Both the position numbers and the translations under genes were made by a program. Positions 14,101 through 24,878 of a DNA stretch of 64,000 nt are shown one piece after another. This DNA comes from Phoronis australis (Eukaryota > Animalia > Phoronida), in contig NMRA01000090.1 of NCBI GenBank assembly GCA_002633005.1, positions 111,758-175,757 of the forward strand, given 5' to 3'. Position 1 is the stretch's first letter, and each line of letters begins with the position of its first letter. The notes below the pieces were generated by a model. The model searched no databases and was not told where the DNA came from. It worked only from the letters and a program-made list of their open reading frames with translations.

Positions 14101-17100
14101 GACAAAGAACAAAGAACGACTTTCGGACGGATCTGACTACTGGTGTGTCCCCTGGTGGCAATTTTAGATTTTACGTTTACCTCTGTATCTTCAAGGGTCC
14201 TCAACGGATTTTGATAAAATTTTGAATACAGGTATCTGTTTGTGAGATGACGCTATCCTCTTGTTTTTTGGATGAAATCAAGGTATTTTGTGTAACCTAG
14301 TGGCCATTTTTGCTGTTTTCGGGTCCACCCCACTATCAATCAAATCATTCTAAGGATGTTTTTGAAAATTGACGTTTATGTTCTCTGTGTGAAGAGGATG
14401 GTTGACAATGACAACTTTGACTACTGTGGCGCCTCCATTGGTAGTTTTGTTTTGTTTTGCGTCCATAGCTGTGTCTCCTAAACCCTCTGCTGGTTCTTTA
14501 TTAAATTTAGTTTATTTATATGAAGCTAACAACAGACAATGACAACTTTTACGCAGATCCAATGAACACTGTGCCTTCTAGTGGCAGTTTTCATTTTATT
14601 CTGTTTTCCTTCGTTTCTCTGAAGTTCCTTGACAGATTTCTATGAAATTTGGTGAATAGCTTTCTATTAAGGAAGCTATGACATTTTTCCCATTTTCGGA
14701 TGGATTGTACATTTTTATGTCCTCGAGTGGCCATTTTTATGACCAATAAGCAACCCTAAAGGCACACTGTTTGCGATGCATTCATGGGCGCATTTCAATG
14801 CTACGCGTTGCTCTTGTTTATCATTTAGAACATATAAACATTCATCAATAGAGAAAATAGGAACGTTTCTTAGGTTACAGTTTGCGGGTGTTTGCAGTTT
14901 TTACTGTCAATTCATGAAATGTGAAGTTCAATGGTGATCAGCTGTGGCTATCATTTTGTTGGTACACCACCAAAATTTCCAAAGTTATTTTGAAAATTCC
15001 ATATCAGTTATGTTTATTATGAAAAAGCATCAGTTTCAACTAGATTGGTTTGTGAGCAAATTCCTTTCTTGATATTTTAACTAAATAAGAAGTAGAAAGA
15101 GTATTTTTAATACTGGAATTGATAACTTGAGCACTATTTCAGAATGTTTGTTCCTGTCATTTGGTTTATTTTTTCTCATTGTTGCAGATGGCTCCTTGCA
15201 TTCTGGCTATGACTGACCAATCAGTGCTCATACTGGACAACAAGTCTTTATCGGTCAAGTATCGCACACCGTACAAGCAGGTTGACCATCTGTCTGTTAG
15301 TCCTTACAGTGATGGGCTACTAGTGATTCACTTAAAAAAGGTACTTTACAAAAGAAGTTCTCTGTACTCTGCTGAACAGTAGTTAAAAATTTACAAAATC
15401 CAGACAGTGAAATTATGTTTTTGTCACACCTATGGTGAAAATTTTATAGGAAATCGGAAAAATGTGTCATGGGCAAGGTCTTCACAAATTTGGGCATTGC
15501 TGGAACTTATCTTAGCTATGGAGTGGATCAGCTCAGTGAATTTTTGATGAGAAGAGATCTCAATATTTTGTTAAATATTTAAAAGACTGCAGACAAAATC
15601 AATTGCAGATATCTAAGGTACCTTGTAACAATGCTTACAATTTCTTTGGATGTGATTTCAGTCCCCTATTGATTGAAGATAACAACCGTCTCCCTAAACT
15701 TCAATCACCCCCACCAGCTTTTTCGGCAAACAGTCATTTTTGCACAGGTGTTAAACAAGCTCAAACATGTAAAATATCGCACCCTTCTCAGTTGTGGTGA
15801 CAGAAACCAATTTGACTTATGGTGATTGCAGCATTAGTTGACTGAATTAGAGGCCTTTGTAATAGAAAGCCAAATCACTTAATTTCAAAGTGTTCAAGTA
15901 AGAAGTCACTAGTGAATTTAACAAGAAAGTGTTAGTCAGATGTCATTTCATTTATTGACCTGTGGGTTGTCTTTAAAGCTTAGTTACAGTTAGGTATAGA
16001 TCAGTACATGCTTTAAGAGAAGATTTGTTTGAGGAATAGAAAATTTTGGGTAACCTTTGATACGTATGATTATCCAAAATGTTCTATTCTTAATAGCATT
16101 TGATTCAAAATTGGTACAGCTAAAACACAAAATCCCAACAGACATGCTTTTGTTGATTGAAAGGACTTTCATGCTTTCTTAAGTGCAAGCTTTGACAAGC
16201 ATATTGAATACTATGTCTAAGACATTGTTTCCCTGATGGTAACAGTGATCCTATGGGTTTTTTATGAATAGTCAGACAGTCTTCTTGTTCGGTTGAAGAT
16301 GCATTCGATGTACCAGCCTCACTTATCACACCCTATTAGAAACACAACCCCGGTACCTTGTACTTTGTCAGTAGATATGTACAAGAATCACCCGTTTTAC
16401 CTTGTCCATTATCAGGAACACTGATCTAAGATCCTTTGAAGTAGATCATCATGATTTCAGTTGAATTGTAAAATTTCACCTAAGGGCACAATATGGCAGA
16501 CAAGTGAAAATTTTATTTCTTATTTGTTCTTAAGTGATGAATAAGTAGCACCAAAGTACTTCTTTGTCATTTTCAAGTTCTACATAATAACTACAACCGT
16601 GCAACATTTTGATAATTTGGGGGTATTCACAAGAAGGTTAGAAGCCCTTGAAAAATGACAATTTGGGCAATTAATGTTGTCCGTAATTGGTAAGACTTTA
16701 TTGTATTTTTAAGCATCATATGTAATTGGCTTGTGTATCAATGTGTGTGTGTGTGCGTGTGCGTGTGCGTGTGTGCGTGATACTGGACAAAGGACTGTTG
16801 GGAATGCTTAACTATATATAGTATTGATCTGTCTTTAGAAACAGAAGTCTTCCCTCAATGGAAGATGTTTATAATATGTTTTTTAGTGCTATGCATGACA
16901 TCAAACCTGGTTTTTAACATTCACTAGCTTATAACATTCCATTCCACAACGTCTGAGCAATTGCATAGTGTTTGCAAGTTGGTTGTAGTTACAGCGAATT
17001 TTGATTACAACTAATGGAGTACCTGGAAAGTTTACTGTGAGGCAGTTGTACTAGCATAATTTGCCTTCCAGTATTATTACACACCCGTGCATCATTTGAA

Positions 17101-20100
17101 ACTACTGTCTTGATGTTTAAGATACTTGACATTGATGTGCATTCCTTTTACAATATTGTTCTATCCAAGGCTCAACATACTAGGTAATTTATATTTGGAC
17201 ATTCATGGAATAATTTATTCTATGAATGTCCATATATGTTTGCCATTAATTGTATCGTATATTTTCGTGTTTCTAAAAAAATAACTTTTCTCATTATTTT
17301 GTCAGATTGACAATGGTGTTAAGGGAGCTTCAACAAAAGGTGACATTGTGATAATGAGTCAGCGCATCATTGAAGTTGTCACCCGTATGCACATGGCAAC
17401 AACAACTTCAGAGAAGTCCTTAAATGTCCAGGTCAGCAACAAGTAAGTGCAGTTTCAAATCAGTTAAGTCGTCATAAGCTGTTGACTAAATGGTGTTTAA
17501 ATCATTTGCATTTAGCTAAAGATACGGTGAAATTTTAGAAAGAAATCTGAAGGATTAGGTTTTGTAGAGAATTTTAATTTGCTTGAAACACCCCTGATTT
17601 TCAACAAAAGGTTGTTTTGTGTCAATTTCTGTGCACCTCATTTCTAAATTCGGTATCTCCTTTGTTTTCCATTACTAACTTCAAACTGTGTTTTTAAGCT
17701 AGCATTTTCATGATTTTATTTCCATTGAATTTATGTCAAGTTATGAAGACCACTGCATTACCACCTAGTTGATGAATGTCAGTGTTTTGAGATGACTTAT
17801 CAAGCTTGACAGGTTTTCAAATTTTAGGAAAGTCTGTGAAAAGACTAGTATTAAAACATTAACAATATAGTGCTTTGTATATTTGGCTCTTGTGGAATCA
17901 GTTGTCAGGCTGTCGAGAATCCCTCATTCCTTTGTTCACATGTTCACTACACAATATAATGAGACGCTTTTTGTGAGACAGTTTTATGTACTTTTGTATA
18001 CCATACATTTTACCAACACATTGTCGCCTCACTCAGTAGCAATACATTTTTGAGAATTGTCAATTCAGTTTTCTACTATGACTTTCATGCATATATATAT
18101 AATTATGCACATATTTTGCATAGGCCCACACACCAGTGCCTGAAATAAGTTGTTAAAAATTTTTCAAAACTTTTTGAAAACTCTTAAAAATCTTGTCTAG
18201 TTTCAATTTCAATCAATTCAAACCCAATCAAAAATTGGTAAAAAACAAAGATTCACCATCTTGGAGCAATTTCTATGTGCATTTAAAAATACTTTGTGAT
18301 GCACAAACTGAATTAAGCAGTCCCAGTCACTTGCCCACAGAACCTGCTGGTCCATCAGTGTATTTATTAAGGCTATGCGCCTTTGTGTAAAGCTGTGCCT
18401 ATCTTTCTGGAATTAGACACATATGAAATATTTGAATAAAATTGAGGACCAGACTTTGAAATATGACATAAGTGAAACTTTTTATTCAATATAACAGGTA
18501 CGGTACAGATCACACAATTACATCGTCCTCACGACAATACACAAACTTTTTTTGTTTAGTCAAGGATTAGGTAAGGTCAACTTACAGGGCTGATAAAGGT
18601 AATTTAATATTAAAAACAAGTACAGGCTATGAGTCATTCATGTGTATGTATAATAAACTTAACGTACAATGCAACTTCTTTTTTAAGCTAGGCAGGGAAT
18701 TTTTGCACTTCAACATTTGTTTGTAAATATGGTACTTGCTGAGGCAAACAACCATACTTTGTATAACCGCATCCACCTGAACACTAAACAGAACTGATTG
18801 TAATGACAGTTCTAAACTATGTCCAACAGCATCTATGAGCCAGTTATTAACATTAGTCCAAATTAGTTGAATAACATTACAAGACCAGTTACACATGGGC
18901 AATAGATTCACTTTCATCTAAGCAAAATGTGCATAATAAGCTATCAATTAATATGCCAATGTTTCGTAAAAATTCAATTCTGTGAACCAGACAAAATTGG
19001 AACCATCTTAGAGAACCATCTTCAGTGAATGAATAGATGTAGGAAAAAACATTGTACTATCATTCTGTAGTATTTGGGAGATTTGATTTTTCACACTACT
19101 TCAACTGACACTTTGTTTTTCCACTATTTTTGAGAGACAATAATGTGAAAATTTTTATTTATTCCTTTGACACCTCCTAAAATTAACTTCAGTGTATCGT
19201 GGATAATGCGGTAAAATTACTCGATGCTTTCCCTCTCGGAGGTGACTCCGGTTAGTATATAATGAGCTTCGTAGACCATAAAATAAAGTTGCTTGAGGGG
19301 TTAAGTCACATTTCTGAATAATAAAGGAAACAACCGTCAGAATTTAGTAAGTGGTTTATATGAGTTATGCCTTTTTGAAACCACTGTTTATAGAAAACAG
19401 GATTGTTATCTATTGATACATTCAAATTAAACCATAGAAGCTAATGACTACTATCGTTTTCGGGAACTAACATTTTATATTCATTAAAAGTCATTTGGAA
19501 CATCTTCGTAAGATAGAAATCCCCGAACAATAAGTAATTATTTGAAACTCTCTATAACAGCATTTGCTGAGCTGCCCATGGACTTGTAGTACTTTGACAA
19601 AGTAGTCTATTAAACCAAGTTAATTTAATGGCTTTCATAAAAGAAGAGGCTTTAATCATTCTGGCTCCACCAACATTATACTCTTTAGCCATAGTCTTGG
19701 GTTTTTTTGTTTTACCATTTCATGCAGAACAGTACAACGTTTAGTTCAGTTGCTTCAGGAAGGCCTGTGAAGGGGACGCGACACTTGTAAAAAGATGTAT
19801 AAGTTTTGGCATAATTGTGGGTTTCACAACTCTTATTCTTCCAAAAAGTGTCGAGTTTCTTTTTCCCACATGTCTATAGCCTTCTTTATTTTGCCAAGCT
19901 TACTGTTAAAATTATCGTGAATTTTATTTAAACCACAGTGGAGAATTGAAAACACAGTAAAAGTGAATTATGATATTGCCTATTTAAGTTTTAGGTCACA
20001 ACACATTTTTGACAGCTATCCTTCATAGAACCTGTCCAAATACAAATTGTTTTTTTCCAGATTAGGCTTTAGACCAGAATATTTCGCTAATTGATTAAAA

Positions 20101-22167
20101 TGTGAAGTGTTTTCAGCAGACTGCTCTGAGCCATCTAAAGAATGTTGGTCATAATTGGACTATTTTCTTTCGATATGCAATTTTCAAGTCAGCAATAAAT
20201 GGCATTTTAAAAACTTTGACAAGAAACTATCAGAAAGTTTTTTAAAATCAAAGTAAAAGAAAATATTATTATCAAGTGGTCACTATTTTGGAGTTGGATT
20301 GCAAAACAATTACCAATGACAGAAGAATCCCTGAAAACTGAAATGTTGCTGGGTCACTTGTGTAAATATCAGTAACTTGTTGTTTAATTGGTGAATTTTT
20401 TTTACCATATGATTCCAGTATTTTATAAAACCCTAGCTAGTTTGCTATTCATTTTAACATCCAGTTTCTCTCGCAATGGCCTCAGAACATTCTACCTTTC
20501 AATCATTGCCTTGGTATTCTCTTTTCTCTGTACATTCACCTTAATGTCGACTCACTCGGTCAGTGCAGGTCTCCCTCCCTTTCACGATGACACAAATTGT
20601 CCAAAATCACTTTTTAGGTCATGAGCAGTGGTCTTGTTGAAAGGCCATGAATGAACGAACATACGCACATGCTCAGCAGAGTTCAAGTTGAGGTCATTAA
20701 CATTTGAGTGACAATTGTTTTAAATTTTTTCGAAGACTTCAAAAAAATTCTGTTTAATTTGAAGTTAAATGTCTTATTCATCAAATTCAGGTCCAGCAAC
20801 TTTGAGCATTATAATTAGGTTTTTCATTCACTCCCTTGCATCTATCCACGACAAACTGAGCTCATAGGGTTAAGAGGCATATTTGTGCAATGCTCAGTTT
20901 GCTTCCAGTTAGGCTAGGATATGAGCCTGGGTTTCTAAATTAAAAGTCTGAAACGCAAACCACTGACCTACAGTCTACCCAACCTAGGACCCCATAAACA
21001 CATTGGATCCAAGACCCAAGAAAGTAATAATAAGCACACACCAACTCCACAGTGGTTTATTTTATGCCATGCAGCGATTACACATCATCTTCAAAGGCTA
21101 GAATGGTCGAGTGAAATGGATAGGTGAAAAGGACACAACAGAATAGTAACTGTGACATGAATATTCATTTTCTGTCCCTGTTGTAATGATGTTGCATCTT
21201 ACAGTACTTAGTTGCCTTTACCTATCACCTGACTTAGCTTTGTTGAACAGCCACTGAGAGTAAACTCAAAGATTGGCTGCTCATTGAAACTAAGGCTGTT
21301 GCTACTGTAGGTAACAGCAATACAGGGTGTCTCAAAACTATGATGCTATTTTGATTAAGAATAACTCAAAGAGAGATCATGTTTAAAATGCCTCACTGAC
21401 AGCAGCATAGCCAAGGTGGGGGCGTTTTCGCTTATATGGCATTTGAAGTGTACATCCTATAACTTTCTTGATCTTGATGCCTGTGGCGCGTGAACATTCA
21501 TTTGCATTTATTAGCAAAATGAAACCATAATGTTTCGACATGTTGACATTCTTGTTAGTTATCGCAGCTTGATCTCAGACATATGAGGGTGTAGCAAGAT
21601 GATGCACCAAATAGAAAGTGTTAAACACTCCTTGCACGTTTTAGATAGGTCTGTTTCATGGCCCCCTCGCTCACCTGACCGGATTCCACTTGTTTACTTT
21701 CTCTTGGTGTATTTAATTGAATGTCTGTGGAAAACCTCCAAACAACATCAACTTGAAAAGGATAACATTCATAGAGAATGGCTAGCATACCAGTTAACGT
21801 GTTAAGTAATTAAAATGGCTACCATGGCAAATAGAGAAAAACAATTTTCATATGCTGGAGACATCCATTTTCAAACATGAAGTCAAAAAAATCGCATCTT
21901 GTCTGTGCTGCCAGTGAGAAGTATAATATATCTTCTCTTTTTTGAGGTACTCTTTTTTAAATGTGTACTATATGTTGAGACACCAAGATGTAACTTTTTC
22001 TCTTTTTCATCAAAAGTTTTGATTTATGATTGTTTGATTGTAGTTTTCCTGCAGAGTTCAGGGGGAAATGTGTCGACTTGTCATTCAAGACAGCAACAGC
22101 TGAAGCAAGCAGTGGAAATGTCCAAATTCTAAAACGAGGTCAATCGTTTGAAGTCATTGAAACATAA
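2024..22167 (+). CDS. MYO1B: Unconventional myosin-I (MYO1A/MYO1B-type), 3' part: end of motor, IQ neck, TH1 tail. join(2024..2173,4420..4488,5678..5839,8921..9052,10275..10381,11760..11895,15188..15340,17306..17442,22044..22167); 5' exons lie upstream of the window
   Basis: Nine GT-AG exons with matching phases (0,0,0,0,2,0,0,2) total 1170 nt = 389 aa + TAA. The translation is colinear with vertebrate MYO1B as recalled: LFDLEE..LIQKVYKGW, SPVDKTWP, EKVMASELFKDKK..YP, VNKVNRSDGK, KGDIVI. Confidence 0.93.
2223..2358. mobile_element. Small Harbinger-type MITE with CTG TSD
   Basis: TIRs GGTTGCATTCTGTAGA (2223-2238) / TCTACAAAATGTAGCC (2343-2358), 13/16 match; CTG at 2220-2222 and 2359-2361; a related left end GGCTGCATTCTGTAGA occurs near 3396. 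Confidence 0.65.
3897..4253 (+). mobile_element. Short HINE/DINE-1-like element (separate family)
   Basis: 5' TGTCCC (3901-3906) with nearby inverted GGGACA (3931-3936), two internal units (TCTCAAGAA..GCTTTAGATTTTG), 3' GGGACA (4218-4223), ending GCTTGTT. Confidence 0.45.
4420..4488 (+). CDS. MYO1B: Myosin-I exon: IQ3 (69 nt)
   Basis: tttcag|TCC...CTG|gtatgt; SRRAYLKQKNAAICIAAFARGWL. Confidence 0.92.
5678..5839 (+). CDS. MYO1B: Myosin-I exon: IQ4 and post-IQ helix
   Basis: ccacag|GCC...CTG|gtgcgt; ARKLAAQLRHEKRCLWAVGVIKAYFIGWQTRKEYRKLLPSIASTKLVGFVRNGL. Confidence 0.92.
6023..6892 (+). mobile_element. HINE family A, complete copy with 5 internal ~150-bp monomers
   Basis: T-run, subTIR ATGCGCCCAC (6029-6038), adjacent inverted copy GTGGTCGCAT (6049-6058), degenerate GTCC/GTCT microsatellite, tandem monomers, 3' subTIR GTGGGCGCAT (6859-6868), stem-loop CAACGC-TTC-GTGTTG (6871-6885), CTCTTGT end. 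Confidence 0.82.
6939..7060. repeat. Minisatellite, ~40-bp unit x3
   Basis: GATTTAGTTGGCTTATCCCT.CAGTT-like unit at 6939, 6980, 7019. Confidence 0.85.
7743..7870 (+). repeat. Dispersed repeat fragment homologous to ~53715-53836 (inverted)
   Basis: CATGTTGAAATTCAC (7743-7757) and CCACCTACAGATCCCA (7805-7820) occur as reverse complements at 53822-53836 and 53759-53774 with nearly the same spacing. Confidence 0.7.
8921..9052 (+). CDS. MYO1B: Myosin-I exon: post-IQ region
   Basis: tttcag|AAA...AGG|gtatta; KRRYLINLSKTLPSTSPVDKTWPNPPARLMETSDVLRTLHHKWR. Confidence 0.93.
9064..9951 (+). mobile_element. Kolobok-like non-autonomous DNA transposon with ~300-bp TIRs and transposase remnants
   Basis: TTAA|AGG...CCT|TTAA (TSD 9060-9063, 9952-9955); long imperfect TIRs; THAP-like start MPHCCCIPGC at 9325; internal KFIVDLSKVLELFRRCQVCG...WECVAGH Cys/His remnant (9451-9651). 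Confidence 0.75.
10275..10381 (+). CDS. MYO1B: Myosin-I exon: start of TH1
   Basis: tggcag|TGT...CAG AG|gtttgt; CDRHRQKFNTLQRQVMREKVMASELFKDKKSSYPQ(S). Confidence 0.94.
11760..11895 (+). CDS. MYO1B: Myosin-I exon: TH1/PH beta-1
   Basis: tttcag|T GTC...AAG|gtatga; VSQPFKGTYVALGQNPKWTKIASSTAESHLLFSDHVNKVNRSDGK. Confidence 0.94.
12495..12800. mobile_element. Palindromic MITE (possibly Kolobok-type)
   Basis: TCATAGCAAAGTAACC..CCGATTTT / AAAATCGG..GGTTATTTTGCTGTGA and inner TCTCAAAAACGCTGTT / AACAGTGTTTTTGAGA inverted arms; ends degenerate. Confidence 0.55.
13042..14818 (+). mobile_element. HINE family A, complete copy with 11 internal monomers
   Basis: subTIR ATGCGCCTAC (13047-13056), inverted GTGGACGCAT (13067-13076), (CCGT)n tract ~13090-13137, ~450-bp trimeric repeat, 3' ATGGGCGCAT (14784-14793), hairpin 14796-14810, CTCTTGTT end. 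Confidence 0.85.
15188..15340 (+). CDS. MYO1B: Myosin-I exon: TH1/PH
   Basis: ttgcag|ATG...AAG|gtactt; MAPCILAMTDQSVLILDNKSLSVKYRTPYKQVDHLSVSPYSDGLLVIHLKK. Confidence 0.94.
16742..16779. repeat. (TG)n/(TGCGTG)n microsatellite
   Basis: tgtgtgtgtgtgtgcgtgtgcgtgtgcgtgtgtgcgtg. Confidence 0.95.
17306..17442 (+). CDS. MYO1B: Myosin-I exon: TH1
   Basis: tgtcag|ATT...AAC AA|gtaagt; IDNGVKGASTKGDIVIMSQRIIEVVTRMHMATTTSEKSLNVQVSN. Confidence 0.93.
19171..19300. mobile_element. Possible ~130-bp piggyBac-type MITE
   Basis: Right end TTGAGGGG|TTAA (19293-19304); left end TTGA|CACCTC is a degenerate match. Confidence 0.35.
21323..21987 (+). mobile_element. Decayed, internally deleted Tc1/mariner-superfamily element
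   Basis: TA|CAGGGTGTCTCAAAA left TIR; TGTTGAGACACC right TIR; internal SWPPRSPDRIPLVYFLLVYL resembles the WPPRSPDLTPLDFFLWGYLK catalytic motif. Confidence 0.8.
22044..22167 (+). CDS. MYO1B: Myosin-I last coding exon with stop
   Basis: ttgtag|T TTT CCT...ACA TAA; (N)FPAEFRGKCVDLSFKTATAEASSGNVQILKRGQSFEVIET*; phase 2 matches the previous exon. Confidence 0.9.
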
Positions 22168-22612
22168 AGTATGTTGAAGCTTGTTGCATGTAAAATGCGT
22201 CATAGTTTCTGTGATGCGAGGAATGACTTTAAACTTTAGGAACTTTGCCAAACAATCAACTTTTTAAACTGAGTATCCGCTTTCTAAACAGAAGTCGGCA
22301 TTTTTAAAGCAGACGTAAAGCACCCACACCACTGAATGAAAAGCTGAAAAATAAGGAAGATTTTATTGTTTTGAGCTATATTCATTGGTTATGGCACTTG
22401 TGTTTATCAAATGCATTGAGCAAATAGATTTGGTGTTTTGGAAAGTGAATTGGCATTCATTTTGGAAAGCTGGTTGTTTGTCATCTATTATTACACTAGA
22501 CATCATTGGTGCTTGCTCGTGATGCAGTTAAGCTAAAGAAGACACGTGGTGAGTTTATGAGTGTGTCACCTTGAACGATATTTTGATAAGTCGCATGTAA
22601 CAAATACAACAA

Positions 22613-22618
22613 AATAAA
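22613..22618 (+). promoter_or_regulatory. Candidate proximal poly(A) signal of myosin-I
   Basis: AATAAA ~445 nt after the stop, TGTA just upstream, GT/T-rich sequence downstream. Confidence 0.5.
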
Positions 22619-23676
22619 TGAAAATTACCAGTTTCTGCTGTGCAGCCTTGTAGTTTACATTTTGTGTGCTACTGTAATGATTTCTGAACTGTTTTTACCA
22701 ACTTCAAGAAATTGAAATAGACCACAATTTTTTTTTGGAAGAAATGTCCATTGGATCCCAGTGTTTGGAAGAAATGCCCAATGGATGCCAATGTTTGGGC
22801 GAACACTGAATCGTTATCGTTTAGTTGGCATCTTGGTCAGTGTACTTTAATTTGTGGTAAAAAATTCGACAAACCACTTTATAATCTCTATGTAATGAGA
22901 ATTGTTATTTCCTCTTAATCTTGTTAAGTTTATAGAAAGTAATTTCTGTTGTACAAGACTACTTCATGTTTTAAGTTAAGTGCCATAATTGTGACCATGA
23001 GATTGTTATGAAGGGCTCGCTTCATAAATAGTGTTCATGTACATGTTTATCCAAGTCAGGGTTTAGGTGTAATAGCACCTCCTGCTTTCGCAGTACGAGA
23101 CAAATCTAATCAGACAAAATATCATTTTCTGTCATGACAGCTACTTTTATTAACAGCAAAAATGAGTCACTGGTAATATCTATTAGGGCAGCAAATTCTT
23201 ATGGCAAAATGACTTAGTTACCTTAGAAACTTTGCTTTTAATTTCCTTTCATTCTTCTTTGAATGTGAATTCGGTTTCTGCCTAGCTGTCATAACGATTT
23301 TGTGTAAATATTTAACTGTAGGTACCATTGTTGTTGGTGCAGGCAAGTTGACAATTTGCCCTCGCTAATATGATTATGCAATTGATAGAATCACAAGATA
23401 TTATCACCAGCCTACCTAGGTTGTAAATTAACCCTTTAGGAAGAATTCACGAAAAAATGCAACCGTGTAGCTGAACTGTTTCTACAGGTTCACACGAAAG
23501 ATAGATTTAGACAAAATAATATACTAATACAGTAAACCATGGGCTTTGTGGGTTGTCCAGGGGATACAACACATGAAATTTTGCTGAACAACTTGACTGT
23601 GAATGGAGACCTCTAGTCAATCTGTATTAATTTAGTTGTAATGATTGATATCGCTTAATATGCTTTGCTGACGATG

Positions 23677-24878
23677 TTTTTATTATGCACCCACATACAT
23701 TTGTCTGTGCATATTGCCGCCATCTCTGTTTGTGTCTCTTCTGCTCGATGTCCAGTCACCATTGTGGTATCACCTAAACCCCTTGCAGGATCTTAATGAG
23801 ATCTGTTCTGATGGAGCTGACAACAGATGATGATGGGTTTTGGAACGATTCAACTACCACTGTGCCCCCTAGTGTGATTTTAGTTCTTTTACATTTTATA
23901 CTGTATCTTCAGAGTTGTTGTATGGGTTTTCATGAAATTAAGCGGATAGGTTTCTATTTAAGGCAGACTATGACACCTTTCAATTTTAGGATGTATCGTG
24001 CACCACCTATGTGGCCATTTTTATTTTAAAGTTCATTTTTGTTGTCCACCCTTTTATCTGCCAAATCACTCAAAGTATCATTATTGAAAATTTGTATTCC
24101 TCCTGAGAAAGCTATAGCTGACGTTTACGTTTGAACGGGTTCGACTTCTGTGCTGCCCCCCAATGACAATTTTGTTTTTGCATCAGTGACTGTATCCTTG
24201 CCGGATCTTTGCGAAATTTGGCGTTCTCCTACAAATGTGGCATAGGAACTGACATGACTACAGCTGTACCCCCTGGTGGTAATTGCAGATTTCTTTTCCA
24301 TTTGCCTTTGTATCTTAATTGATTCCTGATTGATTTCATGAAATTTGCAATTGGCTTTCTATTATGGAGACGGCAATGTCTCCTCATTTCTAGATGGATG
24401 CGACATATTCTGTGTCAGCTAGTGGCTTTTCTAATCATTTTGTCTGTCACCGGCATCTTTATATGCCAAACTGTATGACGGATCATTGTAAAAGTTGACA
24501 ATGTTTTTCTTCTGACGAGGAGCATGAGTAACATGGACTTTAGGATGAGTCTGACTGCTATAGTCTTCTTTAGTGACATATCTTTTGTATCTGCGTGAAA
24601 TTTGTAGCGTGAAATTTGGCAAACGTATTGCTGTCAACGTGATTACAGATGTCAACTTTTTTCGACTGATCCGACAACTGCTGTGCCTCCTGGTGGCAAC
24701 TATGTTTTTTACGATTGCCTTGAAAGATTCTCAGGAAGTTGAAGAAATAGTATTCTATTATGGGTTTCAACTTATTATGCACCATCTAATGGCCTTTTTA
24801 TGTTACTAATAAACATCCCTACAAGCAAATTATTTGTGGTGCAGTCGTGGGTGCATTCCAATGCTTTTCATTGCTCTT
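23677..24878 (+). mobile_element. HINE family A, older diverged complete copy (~8 monomers)
   Basis: subTIRs ATGCACCCAC (23685-23694) and GTGGGTGCAT (24847-24856), 3' hairpin CAATG..CATTG and CTCTT end, decayed monomer motifs. Confidence 0.75.

Noticed and set aside
13042-14818. Regularly spaced GC-rich motifs as a CRISPR array
   Set aside because: Spacers are homologous to each other (tandem repeat), spacing is ~150 bp, there are no cas genes, and the context is a eukaryotic intron.
23685-24856. Compensatory changes in both subTIRs of the old family A copy as evidence of selection
   Set aside because: Both changes are CpG transitions and can arise independently by methylation decay.
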